Assembly: GCA_010093605.1 (NCBI GenBank)
Contig: MU004181.1
Span: 2,356,001 to 2,420,000, forward strand
Direction: 5' to 3'
From: Lophium mytilinum
Lineage: Eukaryota
DNA: 64,000 nucleotides
Shown: piece after piece, positions 56,090 through 64,000 of the stretch
Layout of the letters: every line of letters starts with the position of its first letter
Numbering within the stretch: the first letter of the stretch is position 1
Translations under genes and position numbers: made by a program
The notes under the pieces: model-generated
What the model was told of the DNA's origin: nothing
Database searches by the model: none
What the model saw: the letters and a program-made list of their open reading frames with translations, nothing else

Positions 56090-58483
56090 ATGAGCAACAT
56101 CTCTGCGCTCCTCAACCCTGAGCCCGCGCCACAGAAACCATCGCAGCCGTCGTCACACCCTCCCTCGCGCGTTGCCTCCATGGACAGCTACATCCCGATC
56201 ACCACCACCTTCGAGGCGGCCGACGCCCTGACTGCGCTCGCGACGGGCGCCAGCAATCCATTGTATCCTGGCGCGCAAGACTCGTACCCTCCGGTCCCAT
56301 GCCCCGACGCGCGCCGGCACAGCAGCATTTCCTCTCTGATCGCCCCCGTGGAGCCCTTGCCACCCATCGAGCAGGCCCAAGCATACTCGCCGACACTCGA
56401 TCAATACCATCACAGCTCGAGGTCGCCAGACGAACAACGGCGGCCATCGATAATCTCGAGAACCTCGTCGACGAACGTCCTGGCACCCATTCACTCCTTG
56501 AACAGCATTCTCAATGAGCAGGTCAAAGAAGAGCCCGAGCAGGCAAGCCCATCGTTCGGACACGATGTTTCGCAGATTGTCCCGCCTCGGTCGAGTGAGG
56601 CCAGTGAAGAGCGCGTGGTGGACGGGACACAATATCGCGAGCCAGGCTTTGTGCGCGACAATCCAACCACTGCGCAGATTCGCGAGCCTTCATTTGGCCT
56701 CCAAGACTCTCCTCACCCTATTTCTACCGCTGTCCCTCTCACTGCGAGCCTGCAAGACACACAACCCTCCCCTCTACCAGCCATAAAGCCCGAGCCGAAC
56801 GGCACACCGCGAGAAGGCACACCACACTCCCTTGTCCTTGAAAGAAGGGGATCCGTTACTGACGCATCCATGGACACAGAAACCCTGAAGGCGATTGAGG
56901 CTGTCAAGCAAAGTGAATTGGGACTTCGCGCAAAGAGTCGCGACACCGTTACTCCAACCGGGGACACGCTCAAGCCAGTAGCACCCCCCTCCAAGAAGCG
57001 CCCTGCACCTAAATCGGCTGCCACTAAGAAAGGCACGGCATCGAAGAAACCTGCGCCCAAGAAGCGCAAGCTTGACGCAGAAACATCCAGCGTTGGAGGC
57101 ACACCTAGCATCCGACGATCCGAAACGCCCTCTTCTCGTACTTCGAAAGCTGCGCCGCTCAGTAAATCTCAAGCGAGATTAACGTCCCAAGCCGGAACTC
57201 CCGTTGGAAGCTCACCAGCGCCCGATCGCTCCTCCCAAGCTCCCGTCTCCGACGTCGAGGACTCTGACGGTACAAATGAAGACGATGATGCCATCTTCTG
57301 CATATGTCGAAAACCGGATAACCACAGGTGGATGATTGCATGTGATGGCGGCTGCGAAGACTGGTTCCATGGCTCTTGTGTTAACATGCGCCAAGACGAC
57401 GAGAACCTGATCGACAAATACATCTGCCCCAACTGCGAGACTGCCGGAAAATTTACCACTTGGAAACCCATGTGCAGGAGGGACGGCTGTCGGCAGCCTG
57501 CTCGGTTGACCAAGGGTGCAGTCAGCAAATACTGCTCTGACGAATGCGGCGTGCTGTTCTTCAAGAACACCGTAGGTAGGCATAGCAAGAGGAAGTCCGA
57601 CACTGGAACGACCGGGCGGCGTACGAAGAGGAAAGCACACAAGGATACGGACGGGGAAGCGAATATGGATGATGATGAGGAGGAACCATCACCGCGCGGC
57701 GGCGTCCTCAGAACTCGAGACCTCAAGGCCCTTGCACACTCGTCGGAGGATATCGAGTCTTTCCGCAAGTTGGGCTCCGGAGTACTATCGCCGCCAGCCA
57801 CAGCATCGCCCACAAAAGCATCTTTCTCAGATTCACCGAAGCTAGTGAACGGATTCAACCATGCTGAAATAAATGGGACTATGTCGGCGCCATCAATTCC
57901 TCTCAATCGCGCCGAAACCGAGCATCTCTCGGCGCTCAATGTTGAGAAGACCGGACTACAGTCTCGTCTATCTCTCCTCAAAGACCGCGAAAAGTTTGTC
58001 TCGCTCACCCGGGAGCATGCCGTTCGATACGCCGAGCGCGAAGGACTTAAACCGAAGGAATTGTGCGGGTACGACCGCCGTCTTGCGTGGAGCGAGACCG
58101 AATTTGCTGGTTGGCGTGCATCCAAAATCGGTAAAGCATCTCTCAAGCACAATACGCTGGAGCCCGCGGACGATGATGTGGCAGCCGAGTCTGGTGCGGA
58201 AGAAGAGAGTGCCGCAGAGAAGGATGCCGGTGACGACGTGGACAACTCCGCGTTGTGCACAAAGAAACGGTGCGCTCGTCACACGAATTGGCAGAAGATC
58301 AACCTGCAGGACGCCCGGCTTGAAGAGGTGGAGGTGTTTGAGAGCATCAAGCGTGTCGAGCAGGAAGAAAAGGAGGTACGTGAGAGAGCTATGCTTCGAG
58401 CGCGAGCAGATGCGGCGGCAAAGAAAATCGATGCCGTTCCTGGACGTAGGGCTGAAGGCTGGGTGGAGCGCGTGGGCGCATAG
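56090..58483 (+). CDS. SPP1: COMPASS/Set1C PHD-finger subunit Spp1 (Cfp1)
   Basis: PHD FCICRKPDNHRWMIACDGGCEDWFHGSC...YICPNC, CRRDGCRQPAR..SKYCSDECG, LCGYDRRL, CTKKRCARHTNW. Confidence 0.9.
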   Translation: MSNISALLNPEPAPQKPSQPSSHPPSRVASMDSYIPITTTFEAADALTALATGASNPLYPGAQDSYPPVPCPDARRHSSISSLIAPVEPLPPIEQAQAYSPTLDQYHHSSRSPDEQRRPSIISRTSSTNVLAPIHSLNSILNEQVKEEPEQASPSFGHDVSQIVPPRSSEASEERVVDGTQYREPGFVRDNPTTAQIREPSFGLQDSPHPISTAVPLTASLQDTQPSPLPAIKPEPNGTPREGTPHSLVLERRGSVTDASMDTETLKAIEAVKQSELGLRAKSRDTVTPTGDTLKPVAPPSKKRPAPKSAATKKGTASKKPAPKKRKLDAETSSVGGTPSIRRSETPSSRTSKAAPLSKSQARLTSQAGTPVGSSPAPDRSSQAPVSDVEDSDGTNEDDDAIFCICRKPDNHRWMIACDGGCEDWFHGSCVNMRQDDENLIDKYICPNCETAGKFTTWKPMCRRDGCRQPARLTKGAVSKYCSDECGVLFFKNTVGRHSKRKSDTGTTGRRTKRKAHKDTDGEANMDDDEEEPSPRGGVLRTRDLKALAHSSEDIESFRKLGSGVLSPPATASPTKASFSDSPKLVNGFNHAEINGTMSAPSIPLNRAETEHLSALNVEKTGLQSRLSLLKDREKFVSLTREHAVRYAEREGLKPKELCGYDRRLAWSETEFAGWRASKIGKASLKHNTLEPADDDVAAESGAEEESAAEKDAGDDVDNSALCTKKRCARHTNWQKINLQDARLEEVEVFESIKRVEQEEKEVRERAMLRARADAAAKKIDAVPGRRAEGWVERVGA

Positions 58484-60259
58484 GGTAACAAGTTTTGGTA
58501 CACCGTGCGACGATGATCCGGTACTTTCTGACCAGGAATTTAATGGCGGCTTAGCGAGCCGGTAGCATTGGAAGTCTTATGGACGATACCTACCTGAGTT
58601 CGCGATTTTGATTATCTTGCGTCAGCAGTGTGGGCAGAACAGGAGGTTTTTTATCTCTTTGGCCAACTTACGGGTAACCAATGGTATCAATCACATTTCA
58701 TGTTATCGATGTCGCATATCACAAGTCCTCCCGTCTTAAACTCCTGACCTGGCCCAAATTGCACGCTGCCTTCATACAGCAACCCCCAGCAGAGTCAAAA
58801 GGACGTCAAGCCCAGAGACTGGCATTAAAGCTTCAATCCTCCAGATCCAGACTCCGCACTTCCTAGTTTCATCTCTGCGATCTGAAGCCTGTTTTTCATC
58901 GCAAACTTACCCGGGTTTGATTCTAGTCACTCGGAAACCCCCATTTCAAACTCTGTGAGGGCCAGGAGCCCTTTGATGTGGGTTTTGATGCGTCAAAGGA
59001 GCGGGCTTGCAAGATAAAGGTGCGCTGCGTGGACAGTTATTGAGGGGTCTTTTCCTAAATCGCATTCGCCGTCGCGCAGATCACGAGCAGTTTAGGAGCT
59101 TTGGGACCCTTGAGAGCCCAGAAAAGTCCCACACGACACGGCACTAAGCGATCAACTCCGATGAAGCCCATTTCCGAAAAACACTAGGCCGATCTCACAG
59201 CTAGAAATACCGAGACCCAGAACCACGGTCGAGAAATCGAGATAATTGTCCCAGGACGTTGTCGATCTGTTCGATCAGCCAGGCCAGCTTTGAACAGTCT
59301 CGAACCAAGTCTCATCGACAAGTTTCTATGTTCGGAATCAACGGATGACTTCATGTGACAGACCTTACTATGACACCGCTTGACGTAAATTCGTGGGGGC
59401 ACGGCGCGTGCAGCGCTTCTTTTCAAAATCACTTCAACAAAGGCGCCGGTCATGTTTACGAAGCACGGCTCTTGAAGCCACATACCTCACGGCATACAGC
59501 AATAGAAAAAGCATGAGTGGTTTCGTTGTCAGTCTCCTGTGAGCCGAACACTAGTATCACCACCGGCGTCGCCTTTAACTTTCAATGGAATTGCTCGACG
59601 TGTGATTTGACCACGGCTTGATAATGATAGCTTTTAATTGCCATTCTGGGTAATTCCTCGGAGAGCTTAGGAGTCCAGGGTCTGGGTCAGAGTGGATACA
59701 GACACGCGACTGGTAGGTACTATGGCAGTCATGGGACTCACTCGAACCCTAGGAAAAGGCCGTGAATATGTGTCTTGGGCTCGGTTCTCGGGCTCCAGGC
59801 AACGCCACGGGTTGTTCGATCCATGAGGTCAATGGTCTCGGCTAGATCAGGACGTTCATCCGATGTACAAAGTGAGGCGCAAATGGTCTGACACACTCCA
59901 GACTTCTCCTCTGAGGCCCGGGAAGAACCGTGAAGGGACTCTTAGCTAATATCACTAGTGCCGCGTTCCCCATGGCGCAGATGATCTTATGAGATAATAG
60001 ATCTCTTGGCACACCCTTAGCACCGCGAAAGAGCCGGAGGTCTGGAAAGGCGTCTGAAGTGACTTCGGTTCACGCAACGTGGAAGGGGAGAAAAGCAACA
60101 CTTTTGGCTGAAAAGCGCGAATTATCTGGCCTCATTGTATCGGATCCTTGAGATTGCATATGCTCCGGCTTCTCCAGGTCTTCCTGTCAGTACGTAGAAT
60201 AGATGGTGGTCTCCGAGGTCGGAGCCCCAGGTGGATATAGATCCCTGTAAACAAAGCGG

Positions 60260-60285
60260 ATCAGATAACTCTAAAGTTATCAGAT
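60260..60285. promoter_or_regulatory. Inverted pair of SreA-type iron-repressor GATA sites
   Basis: ATCAGATAA (60260-60268) and TTATCAGAT (60277-60285) both match ATCWGATAA, about 820 bp upstream of a ferric reductase. Confidence 0.7.
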
Positions 60286-61099
60286 TTTTCTAGCGAAGCG
60301 CGCCATCCACGATCGCGGGTTAGCACCATGCGTCTCGTTCGACTCCCTCTCGTCCCATCCGTCGCTTGGAATTACCGTCTTTCAGCGCAGCCTTAACAAA
60401 CGTATTCGGTGTGGTGTCTCTAGGGCCTTCTGGCTGCTAACAGCGACAGTCTTTTTTATCAAAACTCTCATTCTGCTCCAGACGCTCATATACAGTCAAT
60501 CTTGCAGCTGTATTACTTTGCTTTGTGCTTAAAGCGTATCCCCACCCCGATGCGTGAACGGCATTATGCTCTATTCCATACTGCTGTTGTGTCACATCGC
60601 TCGTATATCGGAGGTTCTGCATGCGCTAGAACCCAATGGCTGGCTCTCGGTCACAACCGATCCTGCTGTCAAGCCATGCGAAGCATCACTTGGGACGCTT
60701 AGAGCAACCTTGGCCGTTAGCTTGGTAAACGGTCCCCACCTCTCGCTACCTGATTCCCGATTGCTACATGTTTTGCTCATCTGAGGCCGGCCTGGCCTGA
60801 GCATTGGAGTACTATTCTCGCCACTTTTCCAGAGCTCCACCTGTTGACATCGTCTAGGCTTGGGTATCTCTCGTTCAATTCCCACGCTAGAAAGAAGAAG
60901 GAATTTCGCGTCCGAGGCAGCTGGAACGGCTCTGCGGGATGAGGGTGCTTGGCAAAGGAGGATCAAATAGGGGAGGGGTATGAAAAGACCCTCTTCCCTG
61001 GCCTTTAATCCCATCAACCAGGTCGTCAAATACATACAACCTTCTTGGGATCCTTCTTTCATCACTTTCTGTACCATTTGGAAAGAACCCCCAGAAGCA

Positions 61100-63819
61100 A
61101 TGATGTTGCCCCTGTCTCTCGCCCTTGTGGCCCTTTTCTGGTCTCAAGGAATATGTGATTTACTCAAGAAGAACCAGGTCTGTGTCGACGCCATTTTTGA
61201 AGCCTTTGGCGACCTCAACTTTGAGGGAGTAGGCTACGGCGAGTACTATGTGTCCATCTGCAACAACTCCCTTAAAGTAAATTCAATCTATGCAACGGCA
61301 AAGACGTATTGCAAACCAGAAGATATCGAGCCTGGTTTCGCTATGCTTGCAGAGTATTGCACAGACTATGCCGAAGTCGAGCTCTTGCCAATGTCTGACT
61401 TCACGGAAAACTTGACCGATAGCTACATTAGTAGCATGAGGGTGATAGACTATGAAGAAGTAGCGGAATTCGACAACATCACCACGACGGTGTTGTTATC
61501 TCGCGCGTACTACCGGGCATCATGGCGGACCGTTGTCAGTACTTCCAATCAATTACGTGTGACTATCCGTTTTGCTTACCCTTATCAGACTACCTGGGAT
61601 TTTGAAACATGGTCTCATCACACATTTGGGTATGTCTTTACAATTCACTTCACCCTAAGAAGATGCGACTGATCCTGTCCTAGGTTCGCATTATACGGTT
61701 TCTGGGGCGGTATATTGCTGCTTGCAATGATCAACCAGTTCATCAACGTGGTTTTCCACAAACGACAAAGTCGAGTCAGTACCGATCCAGAGCACAACGC
61801 TCCTTTGCAAGATTCTTCGTCAAGCAAATCCCTCGCTCCGATCCACACCGTGAACCACTGGATTCGAGCAAACATTATTGTTCCTGCTCCTTTCGGATCC
61901 CACCACCAGCGCCTCTACTACTGGTGCGCTGTGCCAACACGTCTAGAAGCAATCATAGTACTTTCGTATTGGGCTATCAACATTATTTTCTCATGCCTCC
62001 ACTACCGCGCTTTCATTGGAAACCTCTAGTAAGCATTCCTTGTCGCCAAATTCTCATACCTGCTAATGGATTGGGTAGTTGGAACAATATTTCCCCACAA
62101 GTATGGCGCTATGTCGCTGACCGTACCGGCATCTTGTCCTATGCCAACCTTCCCCTCCTTTGGATGTTCTCTGGCCGCAATAATATATTTATTTGGGCGA
62201 CGGGTTGGAGCTTCTCTACTTTCAACATCTTCCATCGTCATATTGCTCGGATTGCTACCCTGCAGGCCATCGTTCATTCCATCGCATACACAGAAATGTA
62301 CTTGATAGGTAAGCTGACATCATATGTCGAGAGCGAGACACTGGCTAATCATCTTGCTAGGGGGTTACTATAAAGAAGAGTACGATGAACTCTGGTTCAT
62401 CATGGGAGTAGTAGTCAGTGCCTTCTAATGCTACATGCTATCCTTAAAGTGTTCGCTAGCTAACACTAATGCTTAGGCTACTGTTCTGATGAGCTTCTTG
62501 CTTGTATTCTCATCGGTGTGGCTTCGGAAGAGGTACTACGAGGCCTTCTTGCTGATCCATATTGTGTTCTCGATCGTGGTCCTTGTTGGCCTCTTCTAGT
62601 ACGTGCAGATCTTCTCTCCATGTAAAGCTAGGCGGCCAGTATCTAAACTTTATGTAGTCACACCGACATTTATGACGGAGAATACGACCCCTACCTCTGG
62701 CCTCCAGTTGCTATCTGGGCCTTCGACCGATTCCTTCGCATTGTCCGCCTCGTATTTTGCAACCTCAATCTAAGATTCAGCGGAAAGAAACTACAGCATA
62801 CCAATACTATTGCAAGCTACAGCAAGGAGACAGACGCTGTTAGACTGGAGATCATCCCCGGGTCTGCATTCCTCAAACCTAATCCTGGACAACATTACTT
62901 CTTGTACCAGCCATTGAGCTGGAAGGGTTACGAAAACCATCCTTTCACATTAGGGGCCTGGACGTCCGCGTCCGAAAACGATGCCTCTACACCAACCCAC
63001 ACAACCTCATCAAAGAAAATGGAAAGCGACATCATAGTCTCCACCGCCGCCGTCTCATCCGGTTCCGGTTCCGCCTCAAGCCACTCAGACCACTCCCCAA
63101 CCTCCGCCCCAAGCGACATCAGCCTCATCTTCTGGGTCCGCCCCTTCAACGGCTGGACGCGCCGCATGCGCAACGCCTGCCTAAACGCCCCCAACGGCAT
63201 CGTCACGCGCTCCAACATCCTCATCGAAGGCCCCTACGGCGAGCGTGCGCCCGTGCACAACTACGAGACCGTCATCCTGATCGCCGGCGGCACCGGCATC
63301 GCCGCCGCCGTGCCCTACATCCAAGACCACATCCGCCGCTCTTCACCCCGCCAAAAGGACGGCCAGCTCACCTTCTCCACCCGCACGCGCCGCATCGAGC
63401 TTGTCTGGACCTGCAGGCAGGCCGGCCTCATCAAGAACATCGCCAACCGCGAGCTTGCGCCTGTGCTGGCCCGTGATGACGTGCATGCGGCGTTCTTCTG
63501 CACGCGGGATAGTGGCGCGATGACGACGACGGCTTCGAGCGAGGCGGCGTCGGAGATTAGCCCCGTGGAGGATAAGGAGTTTTCGATGGCTGCGGCACGC
63601 GATTGCGATATCAAGATTGAGCATGGGCGGCCGGACGTTAGGGGGACTATTCTGCAGACTGCGCGTAGTATCACGGCGGAGGGCGCGAAGGCTGGGAAGA
63701 TTGCGATTTTGGTCTGTGGCCCGGCTGGGATGGCGGATGAGGCGAGGGCTGCGGTGCATACTGCTATGAAGGAGGGGTGTCGGTCTGTTGAGTATATTGA
63801 GGAGGCGTTTGGGTGGTAG
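61100..63819 (+). CDS. Ferric/cupric reductase (FRE family); about 8 exons
   Basis: Signal peptide MMLPLSL, Cys-rich N-domain, [73 protein letters not shown]. Confidence 0.95.
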
Positions 63820-64000
63820 GTGGAGTCGGTTGGACTTTGGGATTGAGGAAGGGTTGAGTTTGGATCTTAGATAGATCCGATGAAGGGAACATTTCGTAAA
63901 TGTTGCGAGATAGTGGTGTTCAATGCCATACTCACTACCTCTGAATAGCCCCGGCATACTCCGCAGGTGACGGCTTGCATACACCTCTACTAACCAATCC

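Noticed and set aside
60980..61099. In-frame upstream ATG extending the ferric reductase
   Set aside because: The ATG at 61100 begins a clear signal peptide; the extension looks like 5' UTR.

Overview
Genomic DNA from a filamentous ascomycete (Pezizomycotina; class not determinable from this window), with short GT-AG introns and CTRAC branch sites. About 24 protein-coding genes can be supported. Conserved genes include a Dal5/Tna1-family MFS transporter, an AAA+ ATPase, a PTEN/TEP1 phosphatase, a PPR protein, ATRIP/Rad26, CDS1, EMW1/TTC27, AIM18-like, NSE3, SPP1 and a ferric reductase. An accessory-looking centre (~23-48 kb) holds six co-oriented orphan genes, a tRNA-like Pol III element, a putative catabolic cluster (Zn2Cys6 TF, PhyH dioxygenase, PTH11-like protein, amino-acid permease, alpha/beta hydrolase, second TF-like gene) and a decayed gene. 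The strongest observation is in the Zn2Cys6 gene: two neighbouring introns (48 and 49 nt, 43/49 identical) are copies of each other exactly from GT to AG, sit in different phases, and fold into a G.U-rich hairpin pairing the donor with the branch site, which suggests a recent intron gain by an introner-like copy. Also notable are the A-box/B-box element with a tRNA minihelix-like fold, a head-to-head pair of SreA-type GATA sites upstream of the ferric reductase, and recurrent C-rich to G-rich switches inside coding sequences. Gene models were spliced by hand; no searches or folding programs were run.
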